Below, in pieces: positions 1-9,414 of a DNA stretch of 64,000 nucleotides. The position numbers and the translations under genes are program-made. Numbering within the stretch: position 1 is the first letter of the stretch; every line of letters starts with the position of its first letter. The notes below the pieces were generated by a model, which made no database searches, had not been told where the DNA came from, and saw only the letters and a list, made by a program, of their open reading frames with translations. The stretch comes from Patescibacteria group bacterium (GTDB lineage: Bacteria; Patescibacteriota; Minisyncoccia; UBA6257; JAAZHW01): the NCBI GenBank assembly GCA_026415775.1, contig JAOAGL010000001.1:334233-398232 (forward strand), written 5' to 3'.

Positions 1-177
1 TGGGGGTGTATGCCGCTTCAAACATTGCGCGCTGATATTGATTACGCTGAAGCCACCGCTTTTTGTACTTACGGGACAATAGGTATTAAAGTTTGGATAT
101 ATAAAGGCGAGGTGTTTTTAAAAGATAAAAAGAAAGGAAAAACAAATGAAGTCGAAATTAAATCTGAAAACAAATAA
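1..177 (+). CDS. rpsC: 30S ribosomal protein S3, C-terminal fragment (gene begins upstream of window)
   Basis: Frame 1 translates to ...[29 protein letters not shown]..., a typical S3 C-terminus, with stop TAA at 175-177. It sits immediately upstream of rplP as in the S10/spc operon. Confidence 0.8.
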   Translation, partial: WGCMPLQTLRADIDYAEATAFCTYGTIGIKVWIYKGEVFLKDKKKGKTNEVEIKSENK

Positions 178-182
178 GGAAT

Positions 183-596
183 ATGTTGATGCCTAAAAAA
201 ATGAAACATCGAAAAGCGCAGAAGGGCAGATCTCGCACTAGAAAAATTGATACGCGGGGTACTTTTTTAGTGTTCGGTTCTTATGGTCTGCAGGCTTTAG
301 AAAATATTTGGTTAACCGCTAGACAAATTGAGGCAGGAAGAAAGGCAATCGCAGGATATCTAAAAAAAGGAGGTAAAATTTGGTTAAGAGTTTTCCCTGA
401 TAAGCCAATTACTAAAAGACCGCCAGAGGTAACAATGGGTGGTGGAAAAGGAGATTTAGATCATTTCGCTTTTCCTTTAAAATCAGGTCGAATTATTTAT
501 GAGATTGATGGTGTCAGCGAAGAAATAGCAATTGAGGCTTTAAGAAGGGCCGCTTCGAAAATGCCGGTTAAAACCAAGATAGTTAAAAAGGATTAA
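183..596 (+). CDS. rplP: 50S ribosomal protein L16
   Basis: N-terminus MLMPKKMKHRKAQKGR matches the L16 consensus MLQPKRTKFRKQHKG; 137 aa; operon position after S3. Confidence 0.95.
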   Translation: MLMPKKMKHRKAQKGRSRTRKIDTRGTFLVFGSYGLQALENIWLTARQIEAGRKAIAGYLKKGGKIWLRVFPDKPITKRPPEVTMGGGKGDLDHFAFPLKSGRIIYEIDGVSEEIAIEALRRAASKMPVKTKIVKKD

Positions 597-611
597 TAAA
601 AATAAAAGCCT

Positions 612-812
612 ATGATAAAATTTGAAGAATTAAAAAAATTACCAAAAGCAGAATTGCAAAAACTTCTAGCAGAAAACCAAAATCGACTAAAAGACTTGCG
701 TTTTAATTTGTCTTTCGGTAAAGTAAAAGATATAAGCGCAATTAAAAAAACAAAAAAATTAATTGCCCAAATTTTAACTATTTTAAATCAAAATCATGAT
801 AAAGAAAAATAA
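612..812 (+). CDS. rpmC: 50S ribosomal protein L29
   Basis: 66 aa; ...[34 protein letters not shown]... is an L29 signature; position between L16 and S17. Confidence 0.85.
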   Translation: MIKFEELKKLPKAELQKLLAENQNRLKDLRFNLSFGKVKDISAIKKTKKLIAQILTILNQNHDKEK

Positions 813-1137
813 AACTATTAAAAGAAAATTAGAAGGAGTGGTTGTTTCTGATAAGATGAATAAAACGATTGTGGTAAAAGTCGAAAGTTTCAAAAGACAT
901 CCTCTTTATCATAAAATAATGAGGGTTTCTAAGCGTTTTAAGGCGCATGATGAAAAGAATGAATGTAAAGTAGGTGATGTTGTTGTAATTGAACAAACTA
1001 GGCCTTTGTCAAAAGAAAAAAGATGGAAGGTGGCGCAAATTATTAAAAGAGCTGATATAAATAATGAAATTGATAATGTTGTTGAAGAGAGCGAAGAAGA
1101 AAAAAAGTCGATGTCAAATATTGAAGAACAAGAATAA
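796..1137 (+). CDS. rpsQ: 30S ribosomal protein S17 (with acidic C-terminal tail)
   Basis: Contains [17 protein letters not shown]...HPLYHKI, an S17 OB-fold motif. Overlaps the rpmC end by 17 nt. Carries an extra Glu-rich C-terminal tail. Confidence 0.9.
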   Translation: MIKKNKTIKRKLEGVVVSDKMNKTIVVKVESFKRHPLYHKIMRVSKRFKAHDEKNECKVGDVVVIEQTRPLSKEKRWKVAQIIKRADINNEIDNVVEESEEEKKSMSNIEEQE

Positions 1138-1142
1138 AAATT

Positions 1143-1511
1143 ATGATTCAGCCCAGAAGCATGTTAAAAGTAGCAGATAATAGTGGCGCAAAAATTGTGC
1201 AGTGTTTTAAAGTTTTAGGTGGCTCCAAAAGAAGATATGCGCAAATAGGTGATATTATAATTGCTTCAGTCAAAGTTGCTCAACCGAGAAAAAGTGTAGC
1301 CAAAAAAGATGTTGTGCGTTGTCTAATTATTAGACAGAGAAAGCCTTATCGTCGAGAAGACGGTTCTTATATTCGTTTTGATGATAACGCTGTAGTTTTA
1401 TTGGATAATAAGAATCAACCTCGAGGTACAAGAATTTTTGGTCCGATTCCACGCGAAATAAAACAAAAAGAATTTGAGGAGGTCGCTTCATTAGCTATTG
1501 AAATTTTATAA
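1143..1511 (+). CDS. rplN: 50S ribosomal protein L14
   Basis: [17 protein letters not shown]... is a canonical L14 N-terminus; 122 aa. Confidence 0.95.
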   Translation: MIQPRSMLKVADNSGAKIVQCFKVLGGSKRRYAQIGDIIIASVKVAQPRKSVAKKDVVRCLIIRQRKPYRREDGSYIRFDDNAVVLLDNKNQPRGTRIFGPIPREIKQKEFEEVASLAIEIL

Positions 1512-1845
1512 TATGGCACAGAAGAATCAGGAGAAAAAATTAAAATTTAAAAAAGGAGATGAAGTAATTATGTTAATTGGAAAAGATAGAGGTAAAAAAG
1601 GGAAAATTATCAAAGTTTTACCTCACGCTAATAAGGTGGTGGTTGAAGGATTAAATTTGATTAAAAAACATCTGCGTCCAAAAAGACAAGGAGAAAAGGG
1701 TGAAATTGTTTCTTTGCCGCGTCCTGTTAATGCTTCAAATGTGGCTTTATGGTGTTCAAGCTGCGGCAAGGGCGTTAGGGTCGGTTATCGTTTTGAAGGC
1801 GATAAAAAAATAAGAATTTGTAAAAAATGCCAACAATTAATTTAA
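1498..1845 (+). CDS. rplX: 50S ribosomal protein L24 (KOW) with C-terminal Cys4 zinc-ribbon-like motif; alternative ATG start at 1513
   Basis: Has the KOW motif [18 protein letters not shown] and C-terminal ...[34 protein letters not shown] Shine-Dalgarno-like sequence lies at 1476-1482. Either the TTG at 1498 or the ATG at 1513 could be the start. Confidence 0.85.
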   Translation: MKFYNMAQKNQEKKLKFKKGDEVIMLIGKDRGKKGKIIKVLPHANKVVVEGLNLIKKHLRPKRQGEKGEIVSLPRPVNASNVALWCSSCGKGVRVGYRFEGDKKIRICKKCQQLI

Positions 1846-2390
1846 AAGAAAAATATAAAAAAGAAATTATTCCATCTCTTCAGAAAGAATTTAATTTGAA
1901 AAATATTTTTATGGCACCTTCAATTAAAAAGGTAGTTATTAATGCTGGGATAGGAAGATTAATTACAAATGCCGGTGGCAGTAAAAATGCAGAGGAATTA
2001 ATTAAAGCTATTAAACAAGATATTAGTTTAATTACCGGTCAGTGGCCCACCGAAACTAAAGCAAAAAAATCAATTTCTTCTTTTAAAGTAAGAGAAGGTC
2101 AAACTGTCGGTCTTAAAGTAACATTAAGAGGTCAAAAAATGTATGATTTTATAAGTCGATTAGTTAATATAGCTTTGCCGCGTATCAGAGATTTTAAGGG
2201 AATTCCTGAAAAAAATCTAGATCAATATGGCAATTTAAATATTGGTATTCCTGAGGCAACGATTTTCCCTGAGGTCACTAATAGTGTTTTAAAACATCCT
2301 TTTGGATTAGAAATAACTGTAGTTACTAATGATAAACATCGCGAAAGAGTCGTAAAATTATTAAAATTATTAGGATTTCCTCTAAAGTAA
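1827..2390 (+). CDS. rplE: 50S ribosomal protein L5
   Basis: 187 aa; [23 protein letters not shown]... is a typical L5 N-terminus; operon order. Confidence 0.95.
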   Translation: MPTINLKEKYKKEIIPSLQKEFNLKNIFMAPSIKKVVINAGIGRLITNAGGSKNAEELIKAIKQDISLITGQWPTETKAKKSISSFKVREGQTVGLKVTLRGQKMYDFISRLVNIALPRIRDFKGIPEKNLDQYGNLNIGIPEATIFPEVTNSVLKHPFGLEITVVTNDKHRERVVKLLKLLGFPLK

Positions 2391-2391
2391 T

Positions 2392-2577
2392 ATGGCTAAA
2401 ACATCTGTTGTTGCTCGAGCAAAAAAGAAACCCAAATTTTCAACGCGAATTGTAAGGCGTTGTTTCAGATGTGGTCGCAAAAGAGGTTATATGAGAGATT
2501 TTGGATTGTGTCGTATCTGTTTCAGAGAATTAGCGCGAAAGGGCGAAATCCCCGGTATTAGAAAAGCGTCGTGGTAA
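2392..2577 (+). CDS. rpsZ: 30S ribosomal protein S14 type Z (zinc-binding short form)
   Basis: 61 aa with [20 protein letters not shown], the CxxC...CxxC arrangement of the short S14 form. Confidence 0.9.
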   Translation: MAKTSVVARAKKKPKFSTRIVRRCFRCGRKRGYMRDFGLCRICFRELARKGEIPGIRKASW

Positions 2578-2589
2578 TATAGAAATTTT

Positions 2590-2979
2590 ATGGATGTAAT
2601 ATCTGATTTTCTTATTCAAATTAAAAATGCAATAGCGGTTAAAAAGCCGTTTATTTCGACATCTTTTTCAAAAATGAAATATGAAATTGCCCAAATTTTA
2701 TTGAAAGAGAAATATGTTAATGATGTTAAAATTGTTGGTAAAATTCCTAAAAAGATGATAAAAATAGAATTGAAATATGATGACAATGGCGTCCCGGCAA
2801 TTCAGGAGATAAAAAGGATTAGCAAGCCCGGTTGCCGACGTTATATCAAGGCTAGCCAACTAAAGCCAGTGAAAGCCGGTTATGGTCGATATATTATTTC
2901 AACCCCCCGCGGTTTAATGACAAATGTGGAAGCTAAAAAGCAAAAATTAGGAGGGGAGTTGATTTGTGAAATTTTTTAA
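2590..2979 (+). CDS. rpsH: 30S ribosomal protein S8
   Basis: 129 aa; DVISDFLIQIKNA... N-terminus and ...ISTPRGLMT... are typical S8 motifs; operon order. Confidence 0.9.
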   Translation: MDVISDFLIQIKNAIAVKKPFISTSFSKMKYEIAQILLKEKYVNDVKIVGKIPKKMIKIELKYDDNGVPAIQEIKRISKPGCRRYIKASQLKPVKAGYGRYIISTPRGLMTNVEAKKQKLGGELICEIF

Positions 2980-2988
2980 TTTCGATCT

Positions 2989-3537
2989 ATGTCTAAAATA
3001 GGCAAAAAATTAATTGAAATACCAGAAAAAGTTCAGATTGAAATAAAAGATTCCGAGGTTATTGTTAAGGGTCCCAAGGGAGAATTAAAAATTCCTGTTT
3101 TCCAAGGATTTAAATTACAATTAGAAGAGGGTTTCTTAAAAGTTATTCCTCCGGAAGACAACAAAAAGCGGACACCGGCCTTTTGGGGAACGTTGCGTGC
3201 TTTAATAGCCAACGCAGTTAAAGGTGTAATTGAGGGATATGAGAAAAAATTAGAAATTGAAGGCATTGGTTATCGTGCTAATGTCGAAGGAAAGTTTTTA
3301 GTTTTAAATCTCGGTTTTTCTCATCCGATTCGTTATGAAATTCCCGAAGGCATTCAGATTACAACCGAAAAGAATATTATTACGGTTTCGGGCACTGATA
3401 AACAATTAGTTGGCCAAGTTGCGGCTAAAATCAGATCCTTTAGAAAGCCCGAGCCATATAAAGGTAAGGGTATTCATTATCTCGGTGAATATATTCGTCG
3501 AAAAGCCGGTAAAAAAGCTACCGGAACTGCAGCTTAA
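2989..3537 (+). CDS. rplF: 50S ribosomal protein L6
   Basis: 182 aa; SKIGKKLIEIPEKVQIE...VKGPKGEL is the typical L6 two-domain repeat. Confidence 0.9.
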   Translation: MSKIGKKLIEIPEKVQIEIKDSEVIVKGPKGELKIPVFQGFKLQLEEGFLKVIPPEDNKKRTPAFWGTLRALIANAVKGVIEGYEKKLEIEGIGYRANVEGKFLVLNLGFSHPIRYEIPEGIQITTEKNIITVSGTDKQLVGQVAAKIRSFRKPEPYKGKGIHYLGEYIRRKAGKKATGTAA

Positions 3538-3548
3538 ATAAATAATTT

Positions 3549-3908
3549 ATGAGGCAAAAGATTAATAAAAAAGAAATCAGGATAAGAAGACATAAAAAAA
3601 TTCGAGCCAAAATTTTTGGTACTGCTACTAAACCGCGCGTATGCGTTTTTATTTCTAATCGACATTTATATGTTCAAGCAATCGATGATAATAAGGGAAA
3701 AACATTGGCAAGTGTTTCTGATTTTGAATTGAAAAAAGAGAAAAAAGAAAATAAAATTACTATATCTAAAAAATTAGGGTTGCTATTAGCAGAAAAGATT
3801 AAAAAATTAAAAATTCATAAAATCATTTTTGATAGGGGAGGATTTAAATACCATGGTCGAGTAAAAAACATCGCTGATGGTTTGAGAGAAGGCGGAATTA
3901 AATTTTAA
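3549..3908 (+). CDS. rplR: 50S ribosomal protein L18
   Basis: 119 aa; ...RIRRHKKIRAKIFGTATKPRVCVF.SNRHLYVQAIDD... is an L18 signature. Confidence 0.85.
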   Translation: MRQKINKKEIRIRRHKKIRAKIFGTATKPRVCVFISNRHLYVQAIDDNKGKTLASVSDFELKKEKKENKITISKKLGLLLAEKIKKLKIHKIIFDRGGFKYHGRVKNIADGLREGGIKF

Positions 3909-3910
3909 TT

Positions 3911-4468
3911 ATGATAAAAGAAAAACCATATATAAACAATAAAAAAGAAATCAAATCAGAACGTCCCGAGAATCAATATGAAGAAAAACTTCTTGATTTA
4001 AGACGTGTTACTCGTGTTGTTGCTGGTGGTAAAAGATTCAGTTTCCGCGCCACATTAGTAGTGGGTGATAGAGCGGGGAAGGTTGGTATTGGAATTGCGA
4101 AGGGAAAAGATGTTAGTGAGGCAATTGCAAAGGCAAAAACCCAAGCCATTAAAAAAATAATTCGTGTGCCAATTATTAATGATACAATTCCCCATGAAGT
4201 AAAAGCAAAATATTGTGCAGCCCAAGTTGTTTTAAAACCAGCTCAAAGAGGTCATGGTATTGTGGCCGGAGGAGCAGTGCGGGCGGTATGTGAATTGGCT
4301 GGTATTAAAGATTTGAGCGCTAAAATTTTGAGCCGAACACCAAATAAATTAAGTAATGCTATGGCAACTCTAGCTGCTTTAAAAAAAATCAAACCAACTA
4401 TTTTAAAAGAGTTATTAACCAAACAACAAAAAAATGAGTCGGCATTAACGACTGAAGAAAATAAATAA
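3911..4468 (+). CDS. rpsE: 30S ribosomal protein S5 (with N- and C-terminal extensions)
   Basis: ...RVTRVVAGGKRFSFRATLVVGDRAGKVGIGIAKGKDVSEAIAKA... matches the S5 dsRBD and C-domain. L15 follows directly, with no L30 gene in between. Confidence 0.9.
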   Translation: MIKEKPYINNKKEIKSERPENQYEEKLLDLRRVTRVVAGGKRFSFRATLVVGDRAGKVGIGIAKGKDVSEAIAKAKTQAIKKIIRVPIINDTIPHEVKAKYCAAQVVLKPAQRGHGIVAGGAVRAVCELAGIKDLSAKILSRTPNKLSNAMATLAALKKIKPTILKELLTKQQKNESALTTEENK

Positions 4469-4470
4469 CT

Positions 4471-4890
4471 ATGCAACTTCACGAATTAAGAAAAGAGTAT
4501 AAAACGAAAAAAGAGAAAAGAGTAGGTCGTGGAGGTAAGCGGGGAACTTATTCGGGCCGCGGTTTAAAAGGCCAGAAAGCTCGCGCTGGCGCAAAGATTA
4601 GACCAGCGATTTACGATTTAATTATTAAAATTCCCAAAAAACGTGGAGTTAAAAATAAACCGCTTAACGAAAAACCAATAGCAATTAATCTAGATATTCT
4701 AAATAAATATTTTAAAGAAGGAGATGTTGTTTCGCCGCAAACATTATTCGAAAAGGGTTTGATTGAAAAGAAAAAAGGCAAGTTACCAAAAATTAAGATT
4801 TTGGGGAGAGGGGAATTAAAACATAAATTGATTTTTAAAAAATGTTATTTTTCTCAAGAGGCGTTTAAAAAAGTTAAGATTAAGAAATAA
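4471..4890 (+). CDS. rplO: 50S ribosomal protein L15
   Basis: 139 aa; MQLHELRKEYKTKKEKRVGRGGKRGTYSGRG matches the L15 N-terminus. Confidence 0.85.
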   Translation: MQLHELRKEYKTKKEKRVGRGGKRGTYSGRGLKGQKARAGAKIRPAIYDLIIKIPKKRGVKNKPLNEKPIAINLDILNKYFKEGDVVSPQTLFEKGLIEKKKGKLPKIKILGRGELKHKLIFKKCYFSQEAFKKVKIKK

Positions 4891-4892
4891 AT

Positions 4893-6176
4893 ATGGGAAT
4901 TGTTAGCAAAGCAATCCAATTATTTAAAATCAAAGATTTAAGAAAAAAAATCTTGATGGTGGTTTTAATTTTGGTTATTTTTCGCTTATTTGCTAGTTTG
5001 CCAATTCCTGGAATTGACCTTGAAAGATTAAGAGCAATTTTTGCTTCTAATCAACTGTTGGGTATTTTGAATATCTTTTCCGGCGGTACTTTAAGTAAGC
5101 TTTCTATTATGATGTTAGGTGTTGGTCCTTATATCACTGCCACTATTATAATGCAACTTTTAACAATGATTATCCCGCGATTAAAGGAGATTTATTACGA
5201 AGAGGGTGAAGCTGGAAGAAAAAAATTCAACCAATGGTCTCGTTATTTAACAGTGCCATTATGTATTCTCCAATCCTACGCCTTTTTAAATTTGTTAATT
5301 TCCCAGAATGTTATTTTACCGCTTTCGCCGTTGGAAATGGTCAGAAATATTTTGGTTATTACAGGGGGCTCAGTTTTTTTGATGTGGTTGGGTGAATTAA
5401 TTACCGAGTATAAAATTGGTAATGGAATTTCATTAATTATTTTCGCTGGTATTATTAGTGGTTGGCCAGCTAATTTCCGCTCAGCAATTTTGTCATATAC
5501 ACCATCAAACCTCCCAACTTATTTGATGTTTATTGTCGTAGCTTTAATTGTTGTCGCTGGGGTGGTTTATATTAATGAAGCTGAGCGTAAAGTGCCCGTG
5601 GCTTATGCTAAAAGGGTGCGAGGAAACAAAATGTATGGCGGCGTAACGAGTTATTTGCCTCTAAAAGTTAATCAAGCCGGTGTTATCCCAATTATTTTTG
5701 CTATTTCTATTTTGCTATTCCCGCAATTTATAGGACAAATTATCACAACAATTAAAACCCCTTGGGCTTTAAGTATTGGTAAATTTTTAATGGGATTATT
5801 AAATAACCATCTAATTTATTCGGCTTTATATTTTGTTTTAGTGGTGCTTTTTACTTATTTTTATACGATGGTCACTTTTGATCCCAAAGAAATTTCTAAC
5901 AATTTACAGAGAAATGGTGGTTTTATTCCGGGAATTAGACCTGGACAATCAACTGCCTCTTATATAAATTTTGTTCTAAATCGAATTACTTTTGTAGGAG
6001 CTTTATTTTTGGGTTTAATCGCTATTTTGCCCAACATTTTACAAAGCGTTACTGGTACTCAATTTTTGACTATTGGAGGCACTTCTATTTTAATCGTTGT
6101 ATCTGTGGCAATTGAGACTATAAAACAAATTGAGGCGCAATTAGTAATGCGCGAATACGAGGGCTTTTTGAGTTAA
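4893..6176 (+). CDS. secY: Preprotein translocase subunit SecY
   Basis: 427 aa polytopic protein; position after rplO; conserved segments such as GISLIIFAGII and LNPFASIGGTSILIVV-like. Confidence 0.95.
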   Translation: MGIVSKAIQLFKIKDLRKKILMVVLILVIFRLFASLPIPGIDLERLRAIFASNQLLGILNIFSGGTLSKLSIMMLGVGPYITATIIMQLLTMIIPRLKEIYYEEGEAGRKKFNQWSRYLTVPLCILQSYAFLNLLISQNVILPLSPLEMVRNILVITGGSVFLMWLGELITEYKIGNGISLIIFAGIISGWPANFRSAILSYTPSNLPTYLMFIVVALIVVAGVVYINEAERKVPVAYAKRVRGNKMYGGVTSYLPLKVNQAGVIPIIFAISILLFPQFIGQIITTIKTPWALSIGKFLMGLLNNHLIYSALYFVLVVLFTYFYTMVTFDPKEISNNLQRNGGFIPGIRPGQSTASYINFVLNRITFVGALFLGLIAILPNILQSVTGTQFLTIGGTSILIVVSVAIETIKQIEAQLVMREYEGFLS

Positions 6177-6184
6177 TAGCCAAT

Positions 6185-6883
6185 ATGAAAAACCCTAAAA
6201 TTTTAATTTTTTATGGTCCGCCCGGTGCTGGAAAAGATACTCAAGCAAAAAGAGTGGCTTTTAAATCTGGTGCGCATATTGTTAGCTCCTCAAAACTAAT
6301 AGAAGAGAAAATTTTTGATCCCAACCTACAGAACGATCCTATTATTCAGCGTGAAAGAAAAAATTATGAAAGTGGAGCATTATGTACCCCTGAATGGGTT
6401 ACTGAAATAATTAATAATAAAGTTAAGGAACTATATCAAAAAAATATTTCTTTGATTTTCACTGGCTCTCCACGTACTTTATATGAGGCTGAAAACGAAA
6501 TTCCGTTTTGGGAATCAATTTATAATAAAGAAAATATTTTTGTTATTGTAATTAATTTAACCGATGAATCCTCTATTTTCCGCAATAGCCATCGTCGTAT
6601 TTGTGAGAAATGTGGTTATCCGGTAATTTATTCTTTCGAGACAGAGATGTGGCAGTTTTGTCCAATGTGCGGAGGAAAAATTGTTGATCGTGGCATTCTT
6701 GATAATCCAGAAACAATTAAAGTGAGATTGGTGGAATATCGCGAACGAACCAAACCGGTAATTGATTATTTCATTAATCGCGGTTATTCAATTATTGAAA
6801 TTGATGGAGAACCATTGCCTGATGTTGTTACTCAAAATATTTTTGAACAATTAAATAAAGTTAATTTTTTCAATAATGATTAA
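6185..6883 (+). CDS. adk: Adenylate kinase with zinc-binding LID (CxxC...CxxC)
   Basis: P-loop GPPGAGKDTQA; LID cysteines CEKCG...CPMCGG; 232 aa with an internal insertion; position after secY. Confidence 0.85.
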   Translation: MKNPKILIFYGPPGAGKDTQAKRVAFKSGAHIVSSSKLIEEKIFDPNLQNDPIIQRERKNYESGALCTPEWVTEIINNKVKELYQKNISLIFTGSPRTLYEAENEIPFWESIYNKENIFVIVINLTDESSIFRNSHRRICEKCGYPVIYSFETEMWQFCPMCGGKIVDRGILDNPETIKVRLVEYRERTKPVIDYFINRGYSIIEIDGEPLPDVVTQNIFEQLNKVNFFNND

Positions 6884-7634
6884 ATTAAAATCTAAAGAAG
6901 AAATTAAGATTTTAAGAGAGGGAGGACGTATTTTAGCACAAATTCTTTTTGAGGTGGCAAAAAAAGCGAAGCCGGGCGTAGCCACGAGGGAATTAGATTG
7001 GTTGGCGGAAAACTCCATTTTAAAATTTGGCGGCGAACCGGCTTTTAAAAATTATCAACCAGCTTTTAATCTTCGTCCCTTCCCCGCTTCTTTATGTGTT
7101 TCGGTAAACAATACCATTGTTCATGGCATCCCCGGTGATTATGTGTTGGTTAACGGCGATGTTGTCAAATTAGATTTGGGAATGAAATATGAGGGTTTGT
7201 ATACTGATATGGCTATTACTATTGGAGTAGGCAATATTTCTTCTCTGGCAAAAAAACTTATAAGAGTAACTAAAAAAGCTTTGAGTTTGGCAATAAAGAC
7301 AGCTCAATCCGGAGCGACGTTGGGAGATATTGGCTTTGCCATTCAGAATTATATTCGTTCCCAGGGTTTTTATGAGATTCAAACGCTAACAGGCCATGGC
7401 GTTGGTTATGCGCCACATGAGGAACCAGATGTGTTTAATTATGGTATACCAGGCAAAGGGATTAAATTAAAAGAAGGTATGGTAATTGCAATTGAGCCAA
7501 TGGTAGCGGTTGATTCCTCGGATGTTATTGAATTGCCTGACGGGAGTTTTGTGACAAAAACGGGTTGTTTGTCGGCTCATTTTGAGCATACTATTGCCAT
7601 TACCGAACGCGGTCCGTTGATTTTAACTAAATAA
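6876..7634 (+). CDS. map: Methionine aminopeptidase type I
   Basis: 252 aa; MIKLKSKEEIKILREGGRILA... and metal-ligand context (D...D...H...E...E pita-bread fold motifs); position after adk. Confidence 0.9.
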   Translation: MIKLKSKEEIKILREGGRILAQILFEVAKKAKPGVATRELDWLAENSILKFGGEPAFKNYQPAFNLRPFPASLCVSVNNTIVHGIPGDYVLVNGDVVKLDLGMKYEGLYTDMAITIGVGNISSLAKKLIRVTKKALSLAIKTAQSGATLGDIGFAIQNYIRSQGFYEIQTLTGHGVGYAPHEEPDVFNYGIPGKGIKLKEGMVIAIEPMVAVDSSDVIELPDGSFVTKTGCLSAHFEHTIAITERGPLILTK

Positions 7635-7637
7635 ATT

Positions 7638-8072
7638 ATGGCAAATATTTTGGGAATTGATTACGGAACTAAGAGAATAGGTTTGGCAATTGCAGACGAA
7701 AGTTTAAAATTACCCCTACTTTTAAAACCGATTGAATATTCCGAGAATGAAGTCGAGGGTGTTTTTAAAAAAATTAAAAAAATTTGTGATGAAAATAAAA
7801 TTTCTCTTATTATTTTAGGGTTGCCCCTATCATTTAATTTTAAAGAAACACCAATTTGTGAAAAAATAAAAAAATTTGGAGAATTGTTAGAAAAATATAC
7901 CCAAAGAAAAGTGTTATATCAAAATGAAATTTTAACAACTGATGAGGCAATTAAAATTCAGGAAAGTTTTGACATAAAAAGAAAAAGAAAATATCGCAGT
8001 GGATCTAATTTAGACAGTCAATCAGCCGCTTTAATTTTAGAAAGTTATTTTATTTCCAGGGGGAAGCAATAA
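7638..8072 (+). CDS. ruvX: YqgF/RuvX-like putative pre-16S rRNA nuclease (RNase H-like Holliday-junction-resolvase-like)
   Basis: N-terminal ILGIDYGTKRIGLAIAD and C-terminal DSQSAALILESYF are hallmarks of YqgF. Confidence 0.7.
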   Translation: MANILGIDYGTKRIGLAIADESLKLPLLLKPIEYSENEVEGVFKKIKKICDENKISLIILGLPLSFNFKETPICEKIKKFGELLEKYTQRKVLYQNEILTTDEAIKIQESFDIKRKRKYRSGSNLDSQSAALILESYFISRGKQ

Positions 8073-8119
8073 ATAGTTGCACTTGCAACTTTTTATTTTT
8101 TATGATATAATTAAATTAT

Positions 8120-8572
8120 ATGAAGAAAACAACCATTTTTTTAATTATTTTGATAATTATTCTATTGGCTCTTTTGATCCTTATTTTGTATACGTATTAT
8201 TCAGATTACAAGCGAGCAAAGGAGAGTGTTTCAGATAAAATTTTAACTGCTCATCTTGAAGGATTTAAACCCGGTGTTACTATTGAGCGCAATATGAAGG
8301 GAGAAGAAAAAACGGTTTTTAAAAAGGGCGAGTGGTTAGGAATCGCTGGAACTATTCAAGCAAATCAGGATTCAGAATTAACTTTTAAAATTTTTGATTT
8401 AAATGAAAATTTAATTGCTTCTAACAATCAATGGAAAACAGATATTAAAAAAGGGCAGGGAGAATTTGGTATGTGTTGTGTAGAAATTCCAAGTGAAATA
8501 GGCCAATATAAAGTTAATTTATATTTAGATAATAATTTAATGGAAACCCTGAATTTTTCCGTTACCGAATAA
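8120..8572 (+). CDS. Hypothetical membrane-anchored protein (single N-terminal TM helix)
   Basis: 150 aa; hydrophobic N-terminus IFLIILIIILLALLILILY; no recognisable motif; followed by a terminator. Confidence 0.5.
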   Translation: MKKTTIFLIILIIILLALLILILYTYYSDYKRAKESVSDKILTAHLEGFKPGVTIERNMKGEEKTVFKKGEWLGIAGTIQANQDSELTFKIFDLNENLIASNNQWKTDIKKGQGEFGMCCVEIPSEIGQYKVNLYLDNNLMETLNFSVTE

Positions 8573-8590
8573 ATCTTTTTTATTGACTCA

Positions 8591-8624
8591 AAAAACCGCA
8601 TAGAATTAACTATGCGGTTTTTTG
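8591..8624 (+). terminator. Rho-independent terminator hairpin
   Basis: AAAAACCGCATAG-aattaa-CTATGCGGTTTTTT is a perfect stem followed by a T-run. Confidence 0.6.
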
Positions 8625-8679
8625 ATTTTTGTGTTATAATAATAAAGCAGGCAAATAGGTCAATTTTAAATATAAATTT

Positions 8680-9411
8680 ATGGCTAAACCATTTCTTTCA
8701 GTGATTATACCCGCTTATAATGAGGCGGAAAGAATACCAAAAACTCTTTTGGATATGGATAAATATCTTTCTCAGGCGGGTTTTTCTTATGAAATTATCG
8801 TTGTTAACGATGGATCAAAAGACAAAACGGCAGAAGTAGTCGAAAAAATGCGCCCACTAATTAAAAATTTAAAGTTGATTGATAACAAGTTTAATCAAGG
8901 AAAGGGAGGTGTTGTTGCTCAAGGCATGCTCGAAGCTAAAGGATTAATTCGTTTATTTGCTGATGCTGATAATTCAACACCGATTGAGCAAATAGAAAAA
9001 TTTTTTCCTTATTTTAAAGAAGGGTACGATGTTGTTATTGGTTCGCGGGCAATGAAAGATTCGCAATTAGCAGTGAAACAACCTTTTTATCGTCAGATTT
9101 TAGGAAGGTTGGGGAATTTAGTGATTAGATTGTTAGCCGTGCCAGCAATAAAAGATACTCAGTGCGGTTTTAAAGCATTTACTGAACAAGCAGCTGAAAA
9201 GATTTTTTCTCAATTAACAATTAAACGATGGGGGTTTGATGTAGAAGTTTTAGTAATTGCGAGGTTGTTGGGTTATCGCATTAAAGAAGTTGGTATTCGT
9301 TGGATAAATGACCCGCATTCTAAAGTTAAAGCCTCGGCTTTTTTGGAGGTTTTGACCGAGGTATTAAAAATTCGATTAAATATTTGGCGTAAAAAATATA
9401 AATTAAATTAA
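8680..9411 (+). CDS. Family 2 glycosyltransferase (polyprenol-phosphate sugar transferase-like)
   Basis: SVIIPAYNEAERI...VVNDGSKDKT...DAD is GT-A fold with DxD; 243 aa; resembles the GtrB / ArnC / DPM1 type. Confidence 0.75.
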   Translation: MAKPFLSVIIPAYNEAERIPKTLLDMDKYLSQAGFSYEIIVVNDGSKDKTAEVVEKMRPLIKNLKLIDNKFNQGKGGVVAQGMLEAKGLIRLFADADNSTPIEQIEKFFPYFKEGYDVVIGSRAMKDSQLAVKQPFYRQILGRLGNLVIRLLAVPAIKDTQCGFKAFTEQAAEKIFSQLTIKRWGFDVEVLVIARLLGYRIKEVGIRWINDPHSKVKASAFLEVLTEVLKIRLNIWRKKYKLN

Positions 9412-9414
9412 TTT

